This document shows positions 18,084-27,260 of a stretch of DNA of 32,598 nt, piece after piece (the first letter of the stretch is position 1; the number at the start of each line of letters is the position of its first letter). The notes below the pieces were generated by a model. It was given only the letters and a program-made list of their open reading frames with translations, did no database searches and was not told the origin of the DNA. Source of the DNA: an uncultured Candidatus Saccharibacteria bacterium (GTDB taxonomy: Bacteria; Patescibacteriota; Dojkabacteria; SC72); assembly GCA_964556955.1 (NCBI GenBank), contig CAZKXP010000002.1:8305-40902 (forward strand), written 5' to 3'. The position numbers and the translations under genes were made by a program.

Positions 18084-19367
18084 ATGGAAGATCTGCTACA
18101 AAAAGTCTCCTCTCTTGCTAAACGTAGAGGTATCATATTTCAGAACTCTGAGATATATGGTGGCGTAGGAGGTTTCTACGATTACGGTCCAGTAGGTGTA
18201 GAGATGAAAAACAACCTCAAAAGATATTGGTGGAAAAATATGGTCGACAAACGTGAGAATGTCGTTGGCATAGATGGAACCATAATTACACATCCAAAGG
18301 TTTGGGAGGCATCAGGTCATATAAAGGGTTTCGGGGATGAAGCAGTTGAATGTAAAAAATGCCACGCGAGATTTAGACCAGAGGATGTAGAGGGTAAATG
18401 CCCAAGATGTGGCGGCACTGATTTCACCGAAGCAAGAAAATATAATCTCCTTTTCAATACAGAAATCGGTGTTATCGAAGGAGAGAAAATACCTGCATAT
18501 TTGAGAGGAGAAGCTTGTCAGACAATATATCTTGATTTTAAAAATGTCGTTGACTCTACAAGACAACAAATTCCTTTTGGTATTGCACAGATAGGTAAAG
18601 CATTCAGGAATGAAATTACTCCTAACAAATTTACTTTCAGAACTAGAGAATTTGAGCAGTGGGATCTTCAATACTTCGTACATCCAACAACGATGGAAGA
18701 AGCTTTTGAATATTGGAAGGAAGAAAGAATGAATTTCTACAAGAAGCTTTACAGGAAGCATGAGAATTTGAGATTCTATGAGCATCCTAAGGAGAAATTG
18801 GTCTTCTATGCAAAGAAAGCATTTGATGTTGAATATCTTGCTCCATGGGGATGGGCAGAAAATGAAGGTATTCACTGGAGAGCAGACTATGATCTCACAC
18901 AACACAGTAAATTCTCAGGCAAAGATCTCTCATATACTGATCCTCAAACCGGTGAGAAATATATTCCTAATATTGTAGAAACTTCTGGTGGTGTAGATAG
19001 AACATTCTTATTCTTACTATTGGATTCGTATGAGGAAGAAACATTAGACAATGGGGAGATACGCACAGTACTAAAAATTAATCCCGAGATAGCTGCATAC
19101 AAAGCTGCAGTATTCCCATTGGTATCTAACAAACCAGAGATTGTGAATATGGCAAGAGAGATATTTGAAAAGCTAGCAGACACTAAAAAAGTTGTATGGG
19201 ATGCTAGAGGAAATATTGGTAAAAGATATCGATATCAGGACGAGATTGGTACACCATACTGTATAACTGTTGATTACCAAACATTAGAGGATAACACTGT
19301 AACTGTTAGAGATAGAGATACAATGAAGCAAAAACGAGTAAGTATTGAAGCGTTAACAGATCTCTAA
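18084..19367 (+). CDS. glyQS: glycyl-tRNA synthetase, alpha2 (GlyQS) type
   Basis: 427 aa. Contains QIGKAFRNEITP, REFEQWDLQYF and the Cys-rich insertion CKKCHARF...CPRCGG. Confidence 0.95.
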   Translation: MEDLLQKVSSLAKRRGIIFQNSEIYGGVGGFYDYGPVGVEMKNNLKRYWWKNMVDKRENVVGIDGTIITHPKVWEASGHIKGFGDEAVECKKCHARFRPEDVEGKCPRCGGTDFTEARKYNLLFNTEIGVIEGEKIPAYLRGEACQTIYLDFKNVVDSTRQQIPFGIAQIGKAFRNEITPNKFTFRTREFEQWDLQYFVHPTTMEEAFEYWKEERMNFYKKLYRKHENLRFYEHPKEKLVFYAKKAFDVEYLAPWGWAENEGIHWRADYDLTQHSKFSGKDLSYTDPQTGEKYIPNIVETSGGVDRTFLFLLLDSYEEETLDNGEIRTVLKINPEIAAYKAAVFPLVSNKPEIVNMAREIFEKLADTKKVVWDARGNIGKRYRYQDEIGTPYCITVDYQTLEDNTVTVRDRDTMKQKRVSIEALTDL

Positions 19368-19823
19368 TACTTTGTAATCTACTTTTTTACCGCGAACTTT
19401 TATACTTACGGTAGAACCGACTTTTGCTGTCATTAAGGCCTTCCCTAACGGTGAATGATCAGATATCTGCCCTTTAAGTGGATCCGCTTCTAGAGAATCA
19501 ACTAGTGTAAATACCTGTTTTTTACCATTATTTTCCACTGTTATTTCAGACCCTATCTCTACCTTATTAGGATTGCAGACTCTTTTAATGAACACTTTTG
19601 CTTTAGATAATATTTCTTTTAATTCAGAAATTCTGCGCTCTAGTGCTTCTTTTTCAACAAGAATCAAACTCAAATCATCAGTGTCTTCGCTTAGGTCGTT
19701 CTGTCTTGCGGTTTCCAAACTACTAGATATCTCTGGTTTCTTAACTTGCTCTAAATCCTTAAGCTCTTTCTCGAGCTTCTCCTTCTTATGCTGAGTGATC
19801 AATATCTTCTCTTTTTCTTTCAT
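19353..19823 (-). CDS. GreA-family transcript cleavage factor paralog (divergent coiled-coil tip)
   Basis: 156 aa. N-terminal coiled coil and a C-terminal globular domain alignable with the second GreA. The tip sequence is NDLSEDTDD instead of GDLxENAEY. Confidence 0.75.
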   Translation of the reverse strand: MKEKEKILITQHKKEKLEKELKDLEQVKKPEISSSLETARQNDLSEDTDDLSLILVEKEALERRISELKEILSKAKVFIKRVCNPNKVEIGSEITVENNGKKQVFTLVDSLEADPLKGQISDHSPLGKALMTAKVGSTVSIKVRGKKVDYKVLEIC

Positions 19824-19911
19824 ACCAGTTGGTTCTTAATTTAATAGAACTCTATAGTATATTATATATGACTTGGAAAGCTTGGAGAATAACTCTCAAA
19901 AAATCTACTAT

Positions 19912-20556
19912 TTACCCCCTATTTGACTCTCTCCATTTTTCAATTTTTTTGTGATCACCAGAGAGCAGCACATCTGGGACCTTCCATCCATTGAAATCTA
20001 TTGGTCTTGTATATTGAGGATAATCGAGCGTTGCACCGTCATTAAAGGATTCTTCTACCAGAGAAGCTTCATTACCCAAAACACCTGGTAGTAATCTAGT
20101 AATTCCATCTACCAAGACTAATGATGCAAGTTCTCCACCAGATAGCACATAGTCACCTATGGAGAATTCGTAATCTACTAGATTGTCATGTATTCTTTGA
20201 TCAAATCCTTCATATCTTCCACAAAGGATAATCATGTGCAAATCTTTTTTCTCTGAGAAATTCTGGAAATCTTTTTGTTCTATCTTATGTCCTTTTGGTG
20301 TAGTTATTGCTACGACGGTGTGCTCTCTCTTTAATTCTTGTATTGCAGCATATATTGGTTCTATTTTCATTATCATTCCAGGACCACCTCCACAAGGTGT
20401 GTCGTCTACTGTTTTGTGACTATCTGTTGTCCAATTCCTCAGATTATGGACATTAATCTCAACTACTCCTTTTTCCTTGGCTATGCTTACTATTCCTTTG
20501 TTAATATATTCTTCAATTATTTCAGGGAATATTGTTATGATATCGAATTTAATCAT
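19912..20556 (-). CDS. trmD: tRNA (guanine37-N1)-methyltransferase
   Basis: 214 aa. FDIITIFPE, VDDTPCGGGPGMIMK and LCGRYEGFDQR are TrmD hallmarks. Confidence 0.95.
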   Translation of the reverse strand: MIKFDIITIFPEIIEEYINKGIVSIAKEKGVVEINVHNLRNWTTDSHKTVDDTPCGGGPGMIMKIEPIYAAIQELKREHTVVAITTPKGHKIEQKDFQNFSEKKDLHMIILCGRYEGFDQRIHDNLVDYEFSIGDYVLSGGELASLVLVDGITRLLPGVLGNEASLVEESFNDGATLDYPQYTRPIDFNGWKVPDVLLSGDHKKIEKWRESNRG

Positions 20557-20600
20557 TACAATTAGATTCTTCTAATTTAAATTTGAGGTGAAATATATTA

Positions 20601-20675
20601 TGGTACCGCTACGGAGAATCGAACTCCGATTGTAGGATTGAGAATCCTATGTCCTAACCGTTAGACGATAGCGGC
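20601..20675 (-). tRNA. tRNA-Glu (anticodon CUC)
   Basis: Reverse complement folds as GCCGCTA-TC-GTCT-AACGGTTA-GGAC-A-TAGGA-TTCTCAA-TCCTA-CAAT-CGGAG-TTCGATT-CTCCG-TAGCGGT-A-CCA. It has the Glu-type D-arm (TCGTCTAACGG.TAGGAC) and an encoded CCA. Confidence 0.85.
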
Positions 20676-20729
20676 ATAACTCACAATTCGGGTCTAATTT
20701 TACCACATTACAAGCGGTTTTTGAATCTA

Positions 20730-20758
20730 TTGACAACCCCTCCCCTTAGTAATATTAT
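20730..20758 (+). promoter_or_regulatory. candidate sigma70 promoter for greA (TTGACA - 17 nt - TATTAT)
   Basis: Consensus -35 TTGACA at 20730..20735, a 17-nt spacer, then TATTAT at 20753..20758, about 30 nt upstream of the ATG at 20791. Confidence 0.45.
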
Positions 20759-20790
20759 CTGCAGTTACATAAATTCAGCGTGTGTCAGAT

Positions 20791-21249
20791 ATGAGTACAA
20801 ACATATATCAGACAACACTGTCCGGGCTTAAGAAGCTCAAAGATGAGTTAAAGCACAGAGAGGGAGAACTTCGCCTCAAAATTGCAAATACCCTAAATGA
20901 TATGAGAAATCAGGGTGATTTAAGGGAGAATGATGCTTACTCTATGGCTGTTGAAGAACAACAGATTAATGAGGAGAGAATCCTTGAGCTCAAGGAAAAG
21001 ATTAAATCCGCCAAAGTTATTACAGACAAGCGAAAAGATATCGTTGGAATTGGCGATCTTGTTACATTAAAGAATGGTAAAGCTGTAAAATATGAAATCA
21101 CAAGTGAGGATGATGCTAATCCATTAGAGGGTAAAATCTCTCATTTATCCCCCATTGGCAAAGCTATTATGGGGAAAAAAATTGGTGCAGAAGTTACCAT
21201 ATCAACACCCAAAGGAGATACAAAATACAAGGTAGCATCAATTGATTAG
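20791..21249 (+). CDS. greA: transcription elongation factor GreA
   Basis: The ORF-track start at 20782 is a GTG; an ATG lies at 20791. Canonical tip GDLRENDAY and a C-terminal domain (SPIGKAIMGKKIGAEV). Confidence 0.85.
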   Translation: MSTNIYQTTLSGLKKLKDELKHREGELRLKIANTLNDMRNQGDLRENDAYSMAVEEQQINEERILELKEKIKSAKVITDKRKDIVGIGDLVTLKNGKAVKYEITSEDDANPLEGKISHLSPIGKAIMGKKIGAEVTISTPKGDTKYKVASID

Positions 21250-21953
21250 TGGACAAGAGTACCATTTGCAAGGATCCCCTCTAGATTACTCTTTTCATCT
21301 AGATGCTTCCCTCCACATATGAAGAAGGACAACTTCTTCTTCGCACAAAACTGCGCACAAGCTACATCTATGGGCATGCTTTTGTTAGGTATGTGATTAT
21401 CCCCATGATCAATACCAAAAAGTTTGAAATACTGTTCCCAAGTCATATCTGCAATTGGTTTGGCGTTTGGATTAGTATCTGGATCTTCCTCATATATATG
21501 CTCTATATCTGAAACTTTGTAAACTAAACCCGTACCCAATAAATCTGCGAAAACTGCAGCATCCATATCTGTACTCCACCCCACCTTCAATCCTCCTGTT
21601 ATCAAAGTCTTCTGATCATCCTCAATCAAAAATTCATACGCATCGCCAAGTCTTTTGGGTAAATATGATTGTGGATCTCCAACTATTCCTTGTAACAAAG
21701 CAGCATTTGTCTGTGTTACAAGCATGGATATCTCATGAATGGAATTCTCTGACTTAATACCATCTCCAATCTTTTTTTGTAATTCTCGGGACAAAGCCCC
21801 GCCCCCTGTAACTAACACAATCTTCCCAAAAGATTCAATGTTTTCCCAGTACCAATTCTTAACCTTCTCTAGAAATTTAAAATTAATATTTAAATTGGAA
21901 TCGAAGAGTGTAGAGCCCCCTATCTTTAGTACAATCTTCTTGTTTTCGATCAT
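21246..21953 (-). CDS. pyrH: UMP kinase, archaeal-type (amino acid kinase fold)
   Basis: The ORF-track N-terminus (to 22046) overlaps the upstream gene. The ATG at 21953 (MIENKKIVLKIGGS) forms an ATGA overlap with the upstream stop. KIGGS, VTGGGALSREL, TQTNAALL and GWSTDMDAAVFADLL align from memory with archaeal PyrH. Confidence 0.65.
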   Translation of the reverse strand: MIENKKIVLKIGGSTLFDSNLNINFKFLEKVKNWYWENIESFGKIVLVTGGGALSRELQKKIGDGIKSENSIHEISMLVTQTNAALLQGIVGDPQSYLPKRLGDAYEFLIEDDQKTLITGGLKVGWSTDMDAAVFADLLGTGLVYKVSDIEHIYEEDPDTNPNAKPIADMTWEQYFKLFGIDHGDNHIPNKSMPIDVACAQFCAKKKLSFFICGGKHLDEKSNLEGILANGTLVH

Positions 21954-22747
21954 AGTGTTAGTATTAAGGTTAGAGCTAGGATTACATAGAGAAATGGAAG
22001 TATGTAGTCGATTAGATGAATTTTGCCCGAAAAGCGAATATTCCATATTGAGATGACTAAGTAGAATCCAAGCGTTGCAATCAATGGTATTACAAAGATA
22101 TTGGTACTCCAGAATATTACTGTAACAAGAGATATGAAGATGGCACTAAGGAAAGAGATCCCTATCTCGACCATCCCAATTTTTTTGTGTAATTTTAGAG
22201 AAAAGATTAACAATATGAAGGCTGTAATAAATACAAGTAAGGCGAATATGATAAGTGACAAACCCATTCTTACATACACATTAACAAGCAGGTAGAGGAT
22301 AGTTATGCAGATGAAATCAAAGATTGCACGAGTAGCATTCGCAATCGAGTAAACTTTGTTAAGGGAACTCTTTACATTAAGAAAAAGAACCAAGAAGAGA
22401 ACCATGCATACTCCCAGAATTACATGGCCTAATACAATATTTCTATTGAAATATAGGAATGATAATATGGCTCCATAGAAAATAGCTGGCAGAACAAAGT
22501 AGCTAAAAAACCGTTCTTTAAGAGAGATCTTTACCAATACATCACTATATTTTGATATCTTTTTCCCAGAATATTTTAGAAATATTCTTAGGAACCATGT
22601 TTCTAATAATAGAAATCCCAATACACCCGTTATGGTCAAAGAGATTCCTCGTGTCAGAGGAACTAAATAGTTAAATATCTCCATAAGTGCCAGAAGCAGT
22701 AAGAGATAAGCTATATCATTTTGTACTTTTAACCTGTATTTTTCCAC
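21950..22747 (-). CDS. polytopic membrane protein, unknown function
   Basis: 265 aa with a GTG start and about 8 TM helices. No motif recognised. Confidence 0.5.
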   Translation of the reverse strand: MEKYRLKVQNDIAYLLLLLALMEIFNYLVPLTRGISLTITGVLGFLLLETWFLRIFLKYSGKKISKYSDVLVKISLKERFFSYFVLPAIFYGAILSFLYFNRNIVLGHVILGVCMVLFLVLFLNVKSSLNKVYSIANATRAIFDFICITILYLLVNVYVRMGLSLIIFALLVFITAFILLIFSLKLHKKIGMVEIGISFLSAIFISLVTVIFWSTNIFVIPLIATLGFYLVISIWNIRFSGKIHLIDYILPFLYVILALTLILTL

Positions 22748-22758
22748 TGGGCAGTGTT

Positions 22759-24135
22759 TTAATTTATTAATCCTGTAAATCCATTAAATATTGCAACTGT
22801 AAGTATGAGCCACCACGCTCCTACTGTAAAGAGATCCCCTGCTATCTCCTTTAACTTCCCTTTTCTCCAGTATACAAAAATTTCAATACACAGAAGAATA
22901 AATATCATAATTACTATACCTACGCTAATCTTGTCTCCAATACTTGAGTTGAAAATACTCAATACTAAATTTGATTTTTCATCAATTTGAAAATACTCAG
23001 TTATATCTGTTTGTGAGATATTTCCAAGGATATCAGATGCTACTATTACTACTTTAGTACTAATACCTTTAGTGGGTATCTCAATGGCTATGTTTTCCTT
23101 ATCTTCCGATGTGATGGGGATTGTGTCTGCACCATTTACTATCCTAAGATCCGTCCACGTATTATCTATTTTAAAAGTTAGCAGATATAGATCTTCACCT
23201 TTGGTTACAGCTATTGATTTCAGATCTACAACAGGTGCAGTGGAATCAATCGAGAATGTAATCTCTGGTGATATTACATGTTGCCCTTTTACTTCAGCTT
23301 TTATCGTATGTTCTCCCTCTGCCCAATCACTATTCTTGCTATACTCCCAACTATTACCCTCTGCTACTGTTTCTCCGATAATATCCGAAGCCTCATACAC
23401 CTGAATCGTATATTCTCCGTTAACATTTGCTGTTTCCCCTGACACATTTATACTTGGATCTGTAGAGATGGAAGATTGAACCGGCGATGTAATTCTAATA
23501 CTCTTTATCTCTCCCTGTTCATTACCAACTACTTTTCCACTCGAGGAAGAAACTGGACTACCGCTTGAGGATGCTCCTGCCACTTCAGTGGTTAAGTTCC
23601 CAAACATCTGAACTACCAATGTAGTTTGTTTACCAAGTAAAACTCCATTTACAATTGCGACACCAATATCTTTATAGTTACCACTCATAATGTTGGCAGC
23701 ATGGGTAGGGCTAGCCATCCATGCTTCATGTACACCTTCGGCTGTTTGAAACCCTTTCGCAAGGTTTTCACCAGCATATACATAGTTGTAACCCTCTGCA
23801 CGGATAAATTGCCATGGAGTCTCACCATTAGGGCCAAAATGGTCCCAATATTGTTGTTCAAACATATTGTTTGCTTTAGCTAAAGCAGCAGCATCTAATT
23901 GAGAATTCTCGGTCAACACACCCAAACCATTCGCAACTCTTTCTTGGTTGGTAAGCATGATTATATTCGCGGTCGTTATTGTACTAGCTTCTACCTTACT
24001 TATTCCGAATATTCCACCAAAACTATTAACGAAAACAATGAGAAAAGAATATGCTACTAATGCGATTTTCCTTAGTAGATATGGTTTGTATTTATTATGT
24101 TGAGTTGGAATAAAAAGATTTTTCATATCGGGCAT
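22759..24135 (-). CDS. CAP/SCP (PR-1-like, YkwD-type) domain protein with membrane anchors
   Basis: 458 aa. N-terminal TM, then a CAP domain (NQERVANGL...HFGPNGETPW...AGENLAKG...SPTHAANIMSGNYKDIGVA), a beta-rich middle region and two C-terminal TMs. Confidence 0.7.
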   Translation of the reverse strand: MPDMKNLFIPTQHNKYKPYLLRKIALVAYSFLIVFVNSFGGIFGISKVEASTITTANIIMLTNQERVANGLGVLTENSQLDAAALAKANNMFEQQYWDHFGPNGETPWQFIRAEGYNYVYAGENLAKGFQTAEGVHEAWMASPTHAANIMSGNYKDIGVAIVNGVLLGKQTTLVVQMFGNLTTEVAGASSSGSPVSSSSGKVVGNEQGEIKSIRITSPVQSSISTDPSINVSGETANVNGEYTIQVYEASDIIGETVAEGNSWEYSKNSDWAEGEHTIKAEVKGQHVISPEITFSIDSTAPVVDLKSIAVTKGEDLYLLTFKIDNTWTDLRIVNGADTIPITSEDKENIAIEIPTKGISTKVVIVASDILGNISQTDITEYFQIDEKSNLVLSIFNSSIGDKISVGIVIMIFILLCIEIFVYWRKGKLKEIAGDLFTVGAWWLILTVAIFNGFTGLIN

Positions 24136-24180
24136 ATTCTATTCCTCTAGTTTAAAGGATTTAATCCAAATAGTCGAGTA

Positions 24181-24214
24181 TTTTTAAAAGAAAAAGGACC
24201 CTTTCGAGTCCTTT
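24181..24214 (-). terminator. rho-independent terminator after the HU gene
   Basis: The minus-strand RNA reads AAAGGAC-UCGAAAGG-GUCCUUU followed by UUCUUUUAAAAA, about 38 nt after the HU stop codon. Confidence 0.55.
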
Positions 24215-24251
24215 CTCATTTTCCTTATCTGCAAGGAAATGCCGGCGGCAC

Positions 24252-24521
24252 TTACTTTACTGCAGATTTCAAAGCTTTTCCAGGTTTGAATGCTGGAACT
24301 TTGGTTGCAGGTAATTGAATCTTAGCAAGAGTCTTTGGATTGATTCCAGTTCTAGCAGCTCTTGTTCTGACTTCAAATTTACCAAAACCAGTTAAAAGAA
24401 CAGGTTCACCATTCTTAAGAGCACCAGAGATAGCTTCTAAGACTGCGTCTAGAGCATCTGCTGCTTGTCTCTTTGTCAAACCTGTTGCTGCAATTTTTTG
24501 AATTACTTCTTGTTTTAACAT
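24252..24521 (-). CDS. hup: DNA-binding protein HU
   Basis: 89 aa. [20 protein letters not shown] is the HU beta-arm signature. A strong SD (AAAGGAGG) precedes the ATG. Confidence 0.92.
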   Translation of the reverse strand: MLKQEVIQKIAATGLTKRQAADALDAVLEAISGALKNGEPVLLTGFGKFEVRTRAARTGINPKTLAKIQLPATKVPAFKPGKALKSAVK

Positions 24522-24835
24522 GACGATGACCTCCTTTCTTAAGAGATACTATGCATATATTCTTAAATTAAGGTTTTATGCATATCCACCTTAAAAATAT
24601 GTTATACAAAGGCAATCGTCAAGCACCATACTTACTACAGGGCAGGTGACAGGTTGTACAAAAACTTTGGTATATTAAGGTTTCTCACTGTTACAACTTT
24701 GTAATCATATTGTTAAGAAAAATTGCAGAAACCAGTGTGGTTAACATATTTTATGTTGATATACCAGCATTTCCGAGGTATTTACATAAAACAGAAGCCG
24801 TTGCAAGTTTTTTGTACCTTTCCGTGGCACATTAA

Positions 24836-24868
24836 TGAAAAAGGGGAAGCTGGAAAACCCGCTTCCCC
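24836..24868 (-). terminator. rho-independent terminator after rny
   Basis: The minus strand reads GGGGAAGC-GGGUUUUCCA-GCUUCCCC followed by UUUUUC, 37 nt after the rny stop codon. Confidence 0.65.
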
Positions 24869-24904
24869 TATAGCAATCACAACTAGAAGCTACACTAGAT
24901 ATTG

Positions 24905-26428
24905 CTATCTAGCCACTTCTACAGCTCTCGTCTCCCTGATTACTGTTACTTCTACATTACCAGGATAACTTTGAGTCTTCTCAATAGCTTCTGCTATTTT
25001 CTTCGCCATCACCTTTGCCTCATCATCAGAAACTAAGATAGGTTTAACAATCACGCGAAGCTCTCTACCTGCTCTGATTGCAAATACATCATCTATCTTA
25101 TCTCCTGCTACATCCTTTGCCGCATTCTCAATACCTTCGATTCTTTGTATATATTGCTCGTAGCTGTCCTTTCTAGCACCAGGTCTAGCACCTGAGATTG
25201 CGTCAGCAAGATACACTACTACAGCCTCTACAGATGTAGGTTCAATATCCATATGGTGAGATTCGATTGCATTGACCAACTTGTCACTCAAGACATATTT
25301 TCTTGCAACCTGGCCAGAAATATGATGGTGAGGGAGATCAACTTTGTGTGTTAAAACCTTACCAACATCATGTAGCAATGCAGCTCTTTTCACCAGTTCA
25401 ACATCTGCGCCTACTTCTGCGGCTAATACTTCCGCCAATCTGATAACTTCAATGGTATGCGCCATCAAAGATTGACCATAGCTAGTTCTGTACTTCATCT
25501 TACCAATGAGCTTGAGTAAGCCAATATCAATATCGGGCCAACCCGCTTCTTCTGCAAGGATCTGACCATTCTTTTTAATCTCTAAAGAAATTTCATTCTT
25601 AGCTTTTCTCACACATTCCTCAATAGCTCCGGGATGAATTCTTCCATCGCCTATGAGTTTTGTCATTGCAACATACGCTATCTCTCTTCTTAATGGATCA
25701 AAAGATGAAAGACCAATAGAAGTTGGGGATTCATCAACAATGACATCAACACCGGTGATTTGTTCAAAAGATCGGATATTTCTTCCTTCTTTTCCGATAA
25801 TTCTTCCCTTAACCTTCTCATCTTCAACCTTGATACTCTTGGTTGTAGTTTCTCCAACATAATCTGTTGCGACTCTCTGCATAGATTCTACAAGAATATG
25901 TTGTGCCTTCTCATCTGCCACAGCTTCGATATTCTTCTCCGCTTGCCTTATCTTTTGAGCTTCGTATGCCTTGAGATCCTCCTCTATCTCTTTCTTTAAT
26001 CTTTCAGTAGCTTCTTCTCTTGAGAGTCCAGAAATTTTTTCTAACTCTGTTTTTAATTGGATTCTTGAATCCTCCATCCTCTTCATGGTTTCCTTAAGAT
26101 CCCTATCCATCTTTTCTAACTCAGAACTCTTTTCGTCTAAAATTTTAGATCGTTTATTGAGAGTCTTCTCTCTTTCTATGAGGATTTCTTCATGCTCCGT
26201 ATTCTCTCTCCTCATGTCTTTTAATCGCTTCTCCTCTCGCTCTCTAAGACTAGAAAGCTCTTCCTCCGCTTCTTCGAACTTTTTGCTCATCATTTTCTTA
26301 GCCGCAGCTTCTATTTCAGATTCTGGAATCTTATTTACGTTTACCCACTTAAATACATATTTAAGTAAAGCAACTGATCCCCCTGCAGCAGCAATGACAG
26401 AAGCAAGTATTATTGCTAATGTTTCCAT
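24905..26428 (-). CDS. rny: ribonuclease Y
   Basis: 507 aa. N-terminal TM, a Glu/Lys coiled coil, a KH domain (GRIIGKEGRNIRSFEQITGVDVIVD) and an HD domain (LLHDVGK). Confidence 0.95.
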   Translation of the reverse strand: METLAIILASVIAAAGGSVALLKYVFKWVNVNKIPESEIEAAAKKMMSKKFEEAEEELSSLREREEKRLKDMRRENTEHEEILIEREKTLNKRSKILDEKSSELEKMDRDLKETMKRMEDSRIQLKTELEKISGLSREEATERLKKEIEEDLKAYEAQKIRQAEKNIEAVADEKAQHILVESMQRVATDYVGETTTKSIKVEDEKVKGRIIGKEGRNIRSFEQITGVDVIVDESPTSIGLSSFDPLRREIAYVAMTKLIGDGRIHPGAIEECVRKAKNEISLEIKKNGQILAEEAGWPDIDIGLLKLIGKMKYRTSYGQSLMAHTIEVIRLAEVLAAEVGADVELVKRAALLHDVGKVLTHKVDLPHHHISGQVARKYVLSDKLVNAIESHHMDIEPTSVEAVVVYLADAISGARPGARKDSYEQYIQRIEGIENAAKDVAGDKIDDVFAIRAGRELRVIVKPILVSDDEAKVMAKKIAEAIEKTQSYPGNVEVTVIRETRAVEVAR

Positions 26429-26684
26429 TACGCTTTTATTTAAAATTTAATCGGTCCTATTAAACTCCTTTATGGAAATATACAGCCGAAAGGCTGTGTT
26501 TTAATGAAATATTCGCTTTAATTTTATTAAATGTAGATTTCATAAAATTAATAATTCAATCTATATATTCAATCGTATAAAAGTGTTTAATGATAGGACT
26601 TTACAATGATATCATTTTTGGGTTAATTCCTCAATCACAACCACAGTTCATCGTTTTTTAATTTCCATACTCTAAACTAGAGGT

Positions 26685-27167
26685 ATGGAGAAGAAAGAAC
26701 ATAACTACGCATTCATTGACAGCCAAAATCTTAATCTTGGCATCAGAGAATTAGGCTGGAGCCTCGACTTTAGAAAATTTAGAATATATTTGAGGAATAA
26801 ATATCGTGTTGAAAAGGCTTACCTTTTTCTTGGATATATTTCTAAATACAAAAATCTATATGACGAACTTTCTTCGTATGGATATATTTTAGTTTTCAAA
26901 CCAGTAATTCAAAATAGTGATGGAAAGATTAAGGGCAATATTGATGCAGAATTGGTTATGAATGCGATGAAAGAGCTGAATAATTTTGATAAGGCTGTGA
27001 TTATATCTGGGGATGGTGATTTTTATTGTTTGATTGAATATTTTGAAGAATTACATAAACTGAAGGCATTATTGATACCCAACAAAAGATCATGCTCTAC
27101 GTTATTGGTAAATTTCAAACGATATCAAGAGTACTTGGAGGATAAACGAAAGGAATTAAAAAAGTGA
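26685..27167 (+). CDS. NYN (LabA-like, PIN-related) domain protein
   Basis: 160 aa. FIDSQNL, NIDAELV and ISGDGDF match the acidic motifs of NYN/DUF88 nuclease-like domains. Confidence 0.7.
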   Translation: MEKKEHNYAFIDSQNLNLGIRELGWSLDFRKFRIYLRNKYRVEKAYLFLGYISKYKNLYDELSSYGYILVFKPVIQNSDGKIKGNIDAELVMNAMKELNNFDKAVIISGDGDFYCLIEYFEELHKLKALLIPNKRSCSTLLVNFKRYQEYLEDKRKELKK

Positions 27168-27260
27168 GGGACGTTACATTGTATCACGCAGATACAGGCT
27201 CGTTTCCCTCTCATGATTGCACTCATTATACCAGAAAAGAAAAAGATTCTTCAACTTAGT

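Noticed and set aside
24654-24818. 12-13 nt inverted repeat (GTACAAAAACTT / AAGTTTTTTGTAC) in the 383-bp spacer upstream of HU, a possible sRNA or long leader
   Set aside because: It is A/T-rich and low in complexity, occurs once, and has no clear promoter/terminator pair bracketing it. I cannot separate it from chance in AT-rich DNA without expression data.
25181-25210. Direct repeat TCTAGCACC-aggtc-TAGCACC resembling the AGGTC/CTAG palindromes
   Set aside because: It lies inside rny and simply encodes the peptide GARPGAR. It has no dyad symmetry comparable to the 22-mers.
25971-26450. Long antisense ORFs opposite real genes (this one opposite rny; 28880..29350 opposite queA; 18312..18905 opposite glyQS; and others)
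   Set aside because: They mirror well-supported genes on the other strand, and their products are low-complexity Ser/Leu/Phe-rich sequences. This is typical shadow-ORF behaviour in AT-rich genomes.
26482-26497. ACAGCC-GAAA-GGCTGT hairpin followed by GTTTT in the rny/NYN divergent spacer
   Set aside because: It looks like a + strand terminator, but no + strand gene lies upstream. On the minus strand it would sit in the rny 5' leader. There is not enough evidence for a regulatory call.
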